64,000 nt of DNA, taken from NCBI GenBank assembly GCA_030065755.1, contig JASJDA010000003.1:5454-69453 (forward strand). Direction: 5' to 3'. Positions 1-8,762 of the stretch are shown one piece after another. The position numbers and the translations under genes are program-made. Source of the DNA: Prochloraceae cyanobacterium. Lineage in GTDB: Bacteria > Cyanobacteriota > Cyanobacteriia > Cyanobacteriales > JASJDA01. Below the pieces are notes generated by a model. It made no database searches, had not been told where the DNA came from, and saw only the letters and a program-made list of their open reading frames with translations. How positions within the stretch are numbered: position 1 is the first letter of the stretch; every line of letters starts with the position of its first letter.

Positions 1-72
1 CTAGCGGCTAATCCTTCAAAATGCTGCCCTGTGTAGGTTTCAGCCGATTTCTAGCCAACGAATCGCACAACA

Positions 73-2556
73 TCAAATCAAATAAGCCACAGTCGCACCC
101 GAACCGCCTTCATTTTGAGGTGCTAATTCAAAACGATCGACTTGAGGATGTCTCTCTAAGAACTCGTGTACTCCTTCGCGCAAGCGTCCCGTACCTTTAC
201 CGTGTATAATCCACAATACTCGCGAACCAGCACCACTAGCTACGGCGATCGCTCTTTCTAAATCTGATTCTGCATTAACTACCCGACTTCCTCGCAGATC
301 CACTGTATTTTGAGAAGTCCTTACCGTGGGAATAGTTTTAGGTGTAGCAGGAGGTTTAGAAGTTTTAGTAGGTGTAGTTTTTTGTTTGGGAGGTGCTTCT
401 ACTTTCTTCCCGTCCAAAGACACCACATCTGTTATTTCTACGGTCATTTTCATCAAACCGAAGCGGACGGTTACTTGTGTTTCTTCTTCGTTAATACTCA
501 ATACTTCTCCTGTTTGACCGAGACTGGGAATCTTTACTTTTTCTCCTACTTGCGGTTTATAACCTGGTTTAGTAGTTTTAGATTTTTGCTGCTTGGGTAG
601 TTGACGATCGGCTATTTTATTTAAAGCTTCTGTAGCCTTTTGCGCATTTTGCGCTGTTTGTCCTGCTTGTTGTAATTGGCGTATAACTTGAGCAATTTCT
701 TCTTTAGCAAGACCGATCGCTTTTTGTATTTCTCTTTCTTGATTTAGCTTTAATTCTCTTTCTCTCTCTTTTAAACTCGATGCTTTATCAGATACTTCTG
801 TATAGAAACTTTCTGCTTCTCGTAACAATTTAGCTGCTTCTTTGGCTTTACTTTCTTGTTCTCTTCGCTGCGCTTCTAATTCAGAAATTACTAGGTTAAT
901 ATCTTCTGAAAGTTCTCCGATACCCTCTTGTGCGACTTCAATAATTTCTGGTTTTAAACCCAAACGTCCCGCAATAGCTAAAGCATTGGATCGACCTGGA
1001 ATTCCCCACAAAAGTCTATAGGTAGGTGAAAGAGTGCGATCGTCAAATTCAACTGAAGCATTTTCAAAACGCTGGTCTTGATATTTGAGTGCTTTTAATT
1101 CCCCGTAATGGGTAGTAGCAATAGTAAGTCGGTTCTGGTCTGCTAAATATTTGAGAAGAGCGATCGCTAAAGCACTACCTTCGGCTGGATCTGTTCCTGC
1201 TCCCACTTCGTCTAATACAACTAGAGATGAGGATAGGCTAGGACTAGGAATGTTTGCTGGATCTTCACTCAATTGGTTTTCTTCTTCTGTTGTTTCCCTT
1301 TCTTCTTCAGTTTTAGCTCCTAAAGCTTCAATAATCCGAGTAATACGACGTATGTGACCTGAAAAAGTAGACAAACTCTGCTCTAATGATTGCTCGTCGC
1401 CAATATCAGCTAATACTCTTTCAAACCAAGGTAATTCTACTGGTTCTTTAGCAGTGACAAATAAACCGACTTTTGCCATTAATGCGGCTATGGCGATCGT
1501 CTTTAAGGTAACAGTTTTACCCCCCGTGTTGGGACCAGTAATTGCTACTACTCTAATCTGGGGTTTAATTTGAACGTTAATGGGGACAACTTCTGTTCCT
1601 TGTTCGTGTTGTTGCTGCCAAACTAATAGAGGATGTCGCAACTGACGCAGGGTAATAGTTTCATCCCCATCTGTGTCAATAAATCTAGGAGGATTTGCTT
1701 CTAACCACAAGCTATAACGCGCTTTAGCGGTAGCCAAATCTACGATCGTAGCCACTGCTAATAAGTGTTCTATGTCGCTTTGAACTTCTGTTACTTGTTC
1801 GGTTAAACCTTGTAGAACAGCTTCTATTTCTCGTTTTTCTTGTCGGCTATATTGACGCAGTCTATTTCCTGGTTCGATAACTGCTTTGGGTTCTATATAT
1901 AAAGTTGCTCCGGTGCTAGAGGTGTCGTGAACTATTCCTGGAATTGCGTCTTTTTGGGGTGCTTTAACTGGAATAACAAAGCGATCGCCTCTTTGAGTAA
2001 CTACTTGTTCTTGAACTGCTCCGCTTTGCTTTTGTATAATTCTCTGGAGTATTTGATAGATTCGATCGCGCACTACTTTCATTTGGCGGCGAATTTCCCC
2101 TAGTTTGGGACTTGCTCGATCGGTTACTTTCCCCTGTTCGTCTATACAACGGTAAATTTCTTGCTCTAATTCTGGATAAGTTCGCACTTCTGCGAATAAT
2201 TCGGTTAAAACGGGTATTTCTTCTTGGCTTTCAATTACTCTTCGCAAGCGCCTGACCCCTGCTAGAGTTGTAGATATATCTAGCAGTTCCGACCCCGATA
2301 GCATTCCCCCCAATTTTGCTCTTTCGAGGGAGTCTCCTATATCTTTTATCCCCTCAAAAGATAAACCATTGTCTAGGCTTGCTTCTAGCTGGTAAATTTC
2401 TTTGGTTTGTGCTAATAAATTCAAACTTTCAGCTTTGGTTGCTGGAATTTTGAGATGACGAGCAGCCACAGCACCCAGTTTAGTGGCTGCGAAGGTTGAT
2501 AAGTGTTGGCACAGACGGTGCCATTCCAGTAATTCTAGTGTTTCTGATTCAATCAA
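73..2556 (-). CDS. mutS2: Endonuclease MutS2 (MutS ATPase + coiled coil + KOW + Smr)
   Basis: Walker A GPNTGGKT, DIGDEQSLEQSLSTFSGH, DEVGAGTDP; C-terminal Smr domain (VDLRG, IIHGKGTG, EGGSGAT). TTG start. Confidence 0.96.
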   Translation of the reverse strand: MIESETLELLEWHRLCQHLSTFAATKLGAVAARHLKIPATKAESLNLLAQTKEIYQLEASLDNGLSFEGIKDIGDSLERAKLGGMLSGSELLDISTTLAGVRRLRRVIESQEEIPVLTELFAEVRTYPELEQEIYRCIDEQGKVTDRASPKLGEIRRQMKVVRDRIYQILQRIIQKQSGAVQEQVVTQRGDRFVIPVKAPQKDAIPGIVHDTSSTGATLYIEPKAVIEPGNRLRQYSRQEKREIEAVLQGLTEQVTEVQSDIEHLLAVATIVDLATAKARYSLWLEANPPRFIDTDGDETITLRQLRHPLLVWQQQHEQGTEVVPINVQIKPQIRVVAITGPNTGGKTVTLKTIAIAALMAKVGLFVTAKEPVELPWFERVLADIGDEQSLEQSLSTFSGHIRRITRIIEALGAKTEEERETTEEENQLSEDPANIPSPSLSSSLVVLDEVGAGTDPAEGSALAIALLKYLADQNRLTIATTHYGELKALKYQDQRFENASVEFDDRTLSPTYRLLWGIPGRSNALAIAGRLGLKPEIIEVAQEGIGELSEDINLVISELEAQRREQESKAKEAAKLLREAESFYTEVSDKASSLKERERELKLNQEREIQKAIGLAKEEIAQVIRQLQQAGQTAQNAQKATEALNKIADRQLPKQQKSKTTKPGYKPQVGEKVKIPSLGQTGEVLSINEEETQVTVRFGLMKMTVEITDVVSLDGKKVEAPPKQKTTPTKTSKPPATPKTIPTVRTSQNTVDLRGSRVVNAESDLERAIAVASGAGSRVLWIIHGKGTGRLREGVHEFLERHPQVDRFELAPQNEGGSGATVAYLI

Positions 2557-2672
2557 GGCGCGAATTTCTATGCTGCTCTATCTATCATTATTGAGCAATT
2601 TTTTGTTGTTTGTCGTACTTCGGACTTCTTTTTTCTCACATCTACTTTATTTCTAGCTTACATTTCCTGCAA

Positions 2673-2725
2673 ATTGTAAACTAATGTTGCTAAATCTTTT
2701 TTTTTACGTTACATTTAATAACAAG
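2673..2725. promoter_or_regulatory. Possible HLR1 (RpaB) sites upstream of hli
   Basis: GTTACATT-TA-ATAACAAG at 2708-2725 (+) and GCAACATT-AG-TTTACAAT (minus strand, about 2673-2690) are imperfect matches to the (G/T)TTACA(T/A)(T/A)-N2 direct repeat known at hli promoters. Confidence 0.4.
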
Positions 2726-2772
2726 AGCTTGACTTGTGTGTAGTTTTAAAATATTTAGAACAGGTTATTACC

Positions 2773-2916
2773 ATGGAAAACAAAGGAACCAAATTCGGAT
2801 TCACTAACTTCGCTGAAACTTGGAATGGTCGTCTAGCAATGCTTGGTTTTCTCATCGGTCTGTTGACTGAACTTCTGACTGGTCAAGGTATCCTGAGCCA
2901 GTTAGGTCTTGTCTAA
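2773..2916 (+). CDS. hli: High-light-inducible protein (HLIP/SCP, one-helix CAB-like), 47 aa
   Basis: FGFTNFAETWNGRLAMLGF carries the ExxNGRxAM chlorophyll-binding motif. ATG at 2773 preferred over the upstream TTG. Confidence 0.95.
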   Translation: MENKGTKFGFTNFAETWNGRLAMLGFLIGLLTELLTGQGILSQLGLV

Positions 2917-2923
2917 TGTTTTT

Positions 2924-2953
2924 CCCGCCCTAGATATTTAGGGCGGGGATTTT
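2924..2953 (+). terminator. Rho-independent terminator of hli
   Basis: CCCGCCCTA-GATATT-TAGGGCGGG hairpin followed by T residues, just after the stop codon. Confidence 0.75.
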
Positions 2954-3076
2954 CAATTATTTAAATTTCTTAACTTACCGAAACTATTCGGTAATGTCTT
3001 TATATTTATATACTTGAATTAATTATCAATAAAATAAAAGTGCAATACTACTGGAGGAGAAAGATAAAAAATAACA

Positions 3077-4207
3077 ATGGCGATCGAACGAGTTGGGATA
3101 ATCGGTGGCGGACAGCTAGCAAAGATGACGGGAGAATCTGCTAAAAAGTTGGGAATAGAATTAGTAGTGCAAACCCCTAAATCGAACGACCCTGCGGTTA
3201 GCGTAGCAAAGGAAGTAATTTTAGCCCCCGTAGACGACAGTGTTGCCACCGATCGCCTAGCCACTCATTGCGATGTAATTACCTTTGAAAACGAATTTAT
3301 TAATCTAGAAAAACTTCAACCCTTAGCAGAAAAAGGAGTTTGTTTTCGTCCCCGTTTAGAAGCATTAGCGCCTATATTAGACAAGTATCAGCAGCGTTGT
3401 TACTTAAAAGAGATAGGTTTACCCGTACCCAAATTTATAGCTGTAGAGTCGCAAAAGGCGATCGAGTCTCCCTTTGGCTATCCTGTAGTTCTCAAAGCGC
3501 GTCGTCACGGATACGACGGAAGAGGTACTTTTATAATTAAAGACCGACAAGAGCTAAAAGACACCTGGGAGCGTCTAGAACGACCTTCTATGATGTTAGA
3601 AGAGTTCGTACCTTTCGATCGAGAATTAGCGGTTATTGCTGCTCGCAGCCTTGCTGGAGATATAGTAGTATATCCGGTAGTAGAAACTAAGCAAAAAGAA
3701 CAAGTTTGCCGTTGGGTAATTGCTCCGGCTGTTGTTTCTTCGACAGTCATCTCGCAAGTAGAATCAATAAGTCGCACTCTGTTAGAAAAATTAGACGTAG
3801 TCGGACTATTTGGGATTGAACTATTTCTTACCTCTGACGACAAAGTATTAGTCAATGAAATAGCACCACGCACTCACAATTCGGGTCATTATAGTTTAGA
3901 TGCTTGTCAAACTTCCCAATTTGAGATGCATTTGCGCGCAGTGGCTGGTTTGTCTTTAGCTTCCCCTCAATTAAACTGCGATCGAGCCCTAATGGTCAAT
4001 TTATTGGGATACGAACACTCTCAAGACGACTATCAACAAAAACGCAGCCAGCTAGCCCAAATTCCTCAAGCTAGCGTCCACTGGTATGGTAAAACCGAAT
4101 CTCGTCCTGGACGGAAATTAGGTCACGTTACGGTTTTATTTGACCGCGAAAACCTAAAACTATGGGAAAAAACAGCTCGACAAATAGAATCGATTTGGTA
4201 CGGTTAA
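3077..4207 (+). CDS. purK: N5-carboxyaminoimidazole ribonucleotide synthase
   Basis: GIIGGGQLA, DVITFENE, GYDGRG, NEIAPRTHNSGH, GRKLGHVT. Confidence 0.97.
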   Translation: MAIERVGIIGGGQLAKMTGESAKKLGIELVVQTPKSNDPAVSVAKEVILAPVDDSVATDRLATHCDVITFENEFINLEKLQPLAEKGVCFRPRLEALAPILDKYQQRCYLKEIGLPVPKFIAVESQKAIESPFGYPVVLKARRHGYDGRGTFIIKDRQELKDTWERLERPSMMLEEFVPFDRELAVIAARSLAGDIVVYPVVETKQKEQVCRWVIAPAVVSSTVISQVESISRTLLEKLDVVGLFGIELFLTSDDKVLVNEIAPRTHNSGHYSLDACQTSQFEMHLRAVAGLSLASPQLNCDRALMVNLLGYEHSQDDYQQKRSQLAQIPQASVHWYGKTESRPGRKLGHVTVLFDRENLKLWEKTARQIESIWYG

Positions 4208-4216
4208 ACACCCTTG

Positions 4217-4244
4217 TTGCCGATCGTGTAAAAAATAGTAGTAT
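4217..4244 (+). promoter_or_regulatory. Putative sigma70-type promoter of 6S RNA
   Basis: TTGCCG (4217-4222), 16-nt spacer, TAGTAT (4239-4244), about 8 nt before the RNA stem. Confidence 0.45.
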
Positions 4245-4252
4245 AGATATAG

Positions 4253-4433
4253 TTTGACTGCGACGTTGGTGACTGCCAATATAGTTTGTTGATCTATGCT
4301 TGATTTATAAGGGAATCGACTACTTTCGCAGCCGTAGACCGAGCTTAGTACTCGGAAACGATAAGCGAACAGCGTGGGTGCCCACCTGGAGTATCCAGGT
4401 CATAAGCTGAGGTAAAACGGCGCTGCGGTCAAA
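4253..4433 (+). ncRNA. ssrS: 6S RNA
   Basis: About 180 nt with closing stem TTTGACTGCG/TGCGGTCAAA, internal CCTGGA-GTA-TCCAGG hairpin and the GGTAAAACGGC segment. Lies directly downstream of purK, the usual cyanobacterial position. Confidence 0.88.
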
Positions 4434-4471
4434 TTATTAATTTGAGAGAGATTGTTTTTTTAGTTGTCAAT

Positions 4472-5548
4472 CTATTGGGTTAAAAAAGGGCTAACTTTGA
4501 CCAATATTTTTCGGAAATTTCGGTAAGGCACTAAACCTTTATATTGAAGACGACCGATAATTATAGCTGGATGTCTTTTTTGAGTTTGAGCGAAAGAGTT
4601 AATCTTTTGTCCCGAAAACTTAGGTTGGGTTTGAGCAATAAAAGATTCTAGTTCCCTTGAAGGAATTAGCCATTCACAAGCTAGTTTATTAGCTTCTTCT
4701 TCTCGAGCGTTTTGGTCTAGTTTATCGAGATTGTCTAAATACAAATCTTGATGCCCCGCAAATATGTGACCCAGTTCGTGCATTAAAGTAAACCAAAACC
4801 AATCAATGCGATCGTATCTTAATGTAAGAGCAATAACAGGACGATCGTTAAAATAAAACATACCACCGTCAATGTAAGTTTTGTCCAGGTTAGGAACTAT
4901 AATGAAATGAATCCCTAAGCGATGAAGCAAAGAAGGGATTTGAGCAACATCATCTTCCTTTTGAGAATAGGTAAGAATCTCAGGGATAGCTTGTTTCAAT
5001 TTTTCTAGTTGAAAAACTGGTAAGCTTTGTTGTTTAACTAAAAATTCTACTCGTTTGAGCCAAGCAATTTCTGATTTAATTTCTGTTTGTTTTGCTTGAC
5101 TTTGACGATAATTAACGTGAAGTTGTGGTGTTTCTTTTGGAGAACTAATTCCTAAAAAATCACAGACGAGTTTTTCTAATTCCTCAATAGGTGTAGAATC
5201 TGTTGCTGTAATCCAGTTACGCTTCCTTATTTCAGAAATTGGTGCTAATTCATACAAGCGACTGCGACGAGTTATTTCTTCTTCTTTGCTCTTTTTTTTT
5301 GCTAAGTGAAGGCGATAATTGTCTTCTAAGTCAAGCCAAAATTTTTCGGAAATACCTAAAGCTGCTGATAGTTCTCTTGCTGTTTCTGGAGTAATTTTCT
5401 TGTGACCTTGTATTATTTCGCTAATAACTTGGGGCGGACGTTTTATTATTTCTGCTAATTCTTTTTGTGTCAGATCTCGCGCATCCAATTCTCTTTTTAA
5501 TATAGTTCCAGGTTTAATTATTCTCGCAGGTGTTAAATTACTGGTCAT
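4472..5548 (-). CDS. higA: HigA-family antitoxin (XRE HTH) fused to an ImmA/IrrE-type Zn metallopeptidase
   Basis: N-terminal PGxILKRELDARDLTQKELA...FWLDLEDNY HTH; C-terminal FWFTLMHELGH (HExxH) and EEEAN. Confidence 0.88.
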   Translation of the reverse strand: MTSNLTPARIIKPGTILKRELDARDLTQKELAEIIKRPPQVISEIIQGHKKITPETARELSAALGISEKFWLDLEDNYRLHLAKKKSKEEEITRRSRLYELAPISEIRKRNWITATDSTPIEELEKLVCDFLGISSPKETPQLHVNYRQSQAKQTEIKSEIAWLKRVEFLVKQQSLPVFQLEKLKQAIPEILTYSQKEDDVAQIPSLLHRLGIHFIIVPNLDKTYIDGGMFYFNDRPVIALTLRYDRIDWFWFTLMHELGHIFAGHQDLYLDNLDKLDQNAREEEANKLACEWLIPSRELESFIAQTQPKFSGQKINSFAQTQKRHPAIIIGRLQYKGLVPYRNFRKILVKVSPFLTQ

Positions 5549-5560
5549 GTTACCATCCCC

Positions 5561-5863
5561 CTAATGATAATCTTCGATATCTACAATTAGTAAATATTTT
5601 CCTTCTTCATCTATTTCTAAAATAATAATCAAACGATATTGGTCGTTCAAACGTAAAGATCTTTCTCCACGATTACCTCGTTTTCCTGAAAGTTTTTCAA
5701 ATCTTAATCCTTTAAAAGTATACAAATCTTGTTCGCTTTCAATTGATTCAATAATCGCTATGATTTCAAAGAAATTATCTACAACATTTTTTGGATATTT
5801 GTGTGCATCTTTTTCCTCTGTGTACAGCTTCTCTATTTTCTTTTTTTTAAAAGAAAATCTCAC
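5561..5863 (-). CDS. higB: HigB/RelE-family toxin (plasmid-maintenance-killer type)
   Basis: FEKLSG, SLRLNDQYRLI, C-terminal IEDYH; toxin upstream of antitoxin; GTG start with GAGG upstream. Confidence 0.9.
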   Translation of the reverse strand: MRFSFKKKKIEKLYTEEKDAHKYPKNVVDNFFEIIAIIESIESEQDLYTFKGLRFEKLSGKRGNRGERSLRLNDQYRLIIILEIDEEGKYLLIVDIEDYH

Positions 5864-5913
5864 GGTTCACCTCCTCAGTTGTATTTATCATCTATTAATT
5901 ATAGTTTGATAGA

Positions 5914-5950
5914 ATTCAACCATTGGGTGAATCGCTAATTCTAGATTAGC
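5914..5950. promoter_or_regulatory. Inverted repeats, candidate HigA operator
   Basis: ATTCAACC-ATT-GGGTGAAT (5914-5932, one mismatched pair) and GCTAAT-TCTAG-ATTAGC (5934-5950), upstream of a minus-strand TATAAT at about 5898-5903. Confidence 0.45.
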
Positions 5951-6277
5951 ATTTTTTTGCTAAATTTGCTTGTTATTTTATTCTTTGATATTATTAAAGT
6001 TTATGCAAATAAAACTATACGCTATAGGTAGCGTATTAAAGACTTTTTTAATTGTATACATATGTACTATAACACTAAATCTGGATGGTTTAAATTTTTA
6101 TTAAGCTGAGATCGTAGTGTTCCGAGGTTCTGTTGCCAAAACTATTCGATGGAGAATGTTGACAAAATACAATAATTATGTGTCGGTGTTTTACCGACTA
6201 CTCAATAGTGGGAACGTAGTTACAATAGGCAAAGTCTATTAAAAACTAAACCACTAATAACTGAAGACTAGCAAAAT

Positions 6278-7543
6278 ATGCAAACCAAAACAGACAAACA
6301 AGAGCATCAGAATATCGATCGCCTTGTTTTGGATAATGGAATTACTTTAATCTCGGTAGAAAATCAAACCGCAGATATTATTGCTAGTCAAATTTTTCTC
6401 AAAAATGCGGGTGCGAGATGGGACTTAACCCAAACTGAAGCTGGACTTTCTCATTTAGTAGCTGCTGTAATTACTAAAGGCACTCAAAATCTATCTTCTG
6501 TTGAGATTGCCGAACGGGTAGAATCTATTGGAGCTAGTTTTGGTGCAAGCGCTGCAGCAGATTATTTTTTAATGAGCATTAAGACTATTTCTGCCGATTT
6601 TGCCGAGCTCTTGAAATTAGGTGCAGAAATATTGCGATCGCCTAGTTTCCCAGAAGCTGAGGTAGAACTAGAAAAACAATTAGCCCTACAAAATATTCGC
6701 TCTCAGCTAGAAATCCCCTTTAATATTGCTTTTAAGCAATTAAGACAAGCAATATATCAAGACCATCCTTATGGAGTATCTATTCTGGGTACTCCAGAAA
6801 CCGTTCCTTCTTTAAATCGCGATCGCCTGACTCAATATCATCAAACTTACTTTCGTCCAGATAATCTGGTAATTAGTATCTGTGGTCGCATAACTCATCA
6901 AGATGCCGCTAGTCTAGTAAACGAAGTATTTGGGGATTGGCAAGTTCCCGAAACTCCTATTCCTACTCTGAAATTGCCTCAATTGAACTCTCAGCCGCGA
7001 GATGTGAGAACTCATCAAGAAACCGAACAGTCAATAGTCATGCTTGGTTATCTCGCGCCAGAGGTGACGAGTAGGGATTATTTGGTGCTAAAGTTATTGA
7101 GTACCTATCTCGGTAACGGTCTCTCTAGTCGTTTATTTGTCGAACTGCGAGAGAAACGGGGATTGGCATATGAAATTTCTGCTTTTTATCCTACTCGCTT
7201 AGATTCTTCTTGCTTTGTCACTTATATGGGGACAGCACCAGAAAATACGGCGATCGCTCTTGAAGGACTTCGCACTGAGGTAGAACGTCTTTGTCTCGTC
7301 GAGTTAACACCAGAAGAACTGCTTACTGCTAAAAATAAATTATTGGGGCAATATGCTTTAGGTAAGCAAACTAATGCGGATTTGGCTCAGGTTTTTGGTT
7401 GGTATGAGAGTTTGGGACTGGGAATAAAATTTGATTCTCAATTTCAGGAAAGTATCGCCGAGATTACTTTAGATATGGTACAAACAGTTGCTAGTAAATA
7501 TTTCCTCGAACCTTATATATCTATAGTTGGAACTAGAGTTTAG
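6278..7543 (+). CDS. M16B (pitrilysin/insulinase family) peptidase, probably the non-catalytic subunit
   Basis: AGLSHL...TKGT, SSRLFVELREKRGLAY. The HxxEH site is degenerate (HLVAA). Confidence 0.88.
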   Translation: MQTKTDKQEHQNIDRLVLDNGITLISVENQTADIIASQIFLKNAGARWDLTQTEAGLSHLVAAVITKGTQNLSSVEIAERVESIGASFGASAAADYFLMSIKTISADFAELLKLGAEILRSPSFPEAEVELEKQLALQNIRSQLEIPFNIAFKQLRQAIYQDHPYGVSILGTPETVPSLNRDRLTQYHQTYFRPDNLVISICGRITHQDAASLVNEVFGDWQVPETPIPTLKLPQLNSQPRDVRTHQETEQSIVMLGYLAPEVTSRDYLVLKLLSTYLGNGLSSRLFVELREKRGLAYEISAFYPTRLDSSCFVTYMGTAPENTAIALEGLRTEVERLCLVELTPEELLTAKNKLLGQYALGKQTNADLAQVFGWYESLGLGIKFDSQFQESIAEITLDMVQTVASKYFLEPYISIVGTRV

Positions 7544-7560
7544 AGGGGCGATCTTTTAAA

Positions 7561-7600
7561 GGGAACAGGGAACAGGGAATAGGGAACAGGTAATAGGGAC
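7561..7600 (+). repeat. STRR heptamer tract (GGGAACA)
   Basis: GGGAACA GGGAACA GGGAATA GGGAACA GGTAATA GGG. Confidence 0.85.
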
Positions 7601-7677
7601 GATAACCTTGAGGATATAGTGCGCTTACAGGCAATAGTTTTGTTATTCTATTGTCTGTATGCCTGTAAATTCCGCTA

Positions 7678-8628
7678 ATGAGTCAGATTTCGTCTGCTAA
7701 TCCCAAAAATCCTTTTACTGAACCTATTTCCTGGCTTTATAGCTTTTGGAAGTTTGCTCGTCCCCACACGATCGTCGGTACTAGTCTAAGTGTCATTGCA
7801 TTGTACGCGATCGCTATTGCAACTACTAGTAACAGCATCACTACTGAAAATTTCGTGCAATTTTTAGGGGTTTGGATTGCTTGTTTGTGCGGTAACGTCT
7901 ATATTGTCGGCTTAAACCAGGTTGAAGACGTAGAAATTGACAAGATTAATAAACCTCATTTACCGATCGCTGCTGGGGAGTTTTCTATCCAGACAGGAAG
8001 GTGGATTGTAGCAATTACAGGCATACTAGCCCTAATTTTATCAGGATGGCTGGGAATCTGGTTACTAGCAGTAGTAGGGTTGAGTTTAGCAATTGGAAGT
8101 GCTTATTCTTTTCCACCAATTAGATTGAAAAGATTTCCTTTTTTAGCGGCTTCGTGTATTTTTATAGTGCGAGGCGTAGTGGTTAATCTGGGAATATTTT
8201 TGCACTTCGGACAAAAGTTACAAGGAAGGGAATTTTTACCTCTTGTCGTTTGGGTGCTAACAGCTTTTATCGTAGTTTTTACTGTGGCGATCGCTATCTT
8301 TAAAGACGTACCAGATCTCGAAGGAGATAAAAAATTCAATATCTCTACTTTTAGCATCATTATAGGCAAGCAAGCGGTATTTAATTTGGCTCGCTGGCTA
8401 ATTACTATTTGTTATTTAGGCACAGTTTTAGTTGGTATTTTCGGACTTGATGGGGTTAATTCTTTATTTTTAGTTGTTTCTCATTTAAGTTTATTGGGAT
8501 TGTTTTGGTGGCGATCGTTCAGGGTGAATCTAGAAGAGAAAAAGTCGATCGCTCAATTTTATCAATTTATCTGGAAACTCTTTTTCTTAGAATATTTAAT
8601 GTTTCCTATTGCTTGTTTGTTAGTTTAA
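7678..8628 (+). CDS. hpt: Homogentisate phytyltransferase (UbiA family, tocopherol synthesis)
   Basis: FARPHTIVGT, NQVEDVEIDKINKPHLP, KDVPDLEGD, FYQFIWKLFFLEY. Confidence 0.93.
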   Translation: MSQISSANPKNPFTEPISWLYSFWKFARPHTIVGTSLSVIALYAIAIATTSNSITTENFVQFLGVWIACLCGNVYIVGLNQVEDVEIDKINKPHLPIAAGEFSIQTGRWIVAITGILALILSGWLGIWLLAVVGLSLAIGSAYSFPPIRLKRFPFLAASCIFIVRGVVVNLGIFLHFGQKLQGREFLPLVVWVLTAFIVVFTVAIAIFKDVPDLEGDKKFNISTFSIIIGKQAVFNLARWLITICYLGTVLVGIFGLDGVNSLFLVVSHLSLLGLFWWRSFRVNLEEKKSIAQFYQFIWKLFFLEYLMFPIACLLV

Positions 8629-8762
8629 TTTGGTTAGTTATTAATGAGTGAAATTCAATAAACTTCTTGCAGAAGTTTAGAGTAACGAGTATAGATATTA
8701 CGTTTTTTTACAAGACCCATTTCCAGAGCTAATCTCTTGCCGATTCTTTCTTCCTTATCATC

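Noticed and set aside
6278-7543. M16 peptidase as a pseudogene because HxxEH is missing
   Set aside because: The ORF is intact; non-catalytic partners are normal in heterodimeric M16B peptidases.
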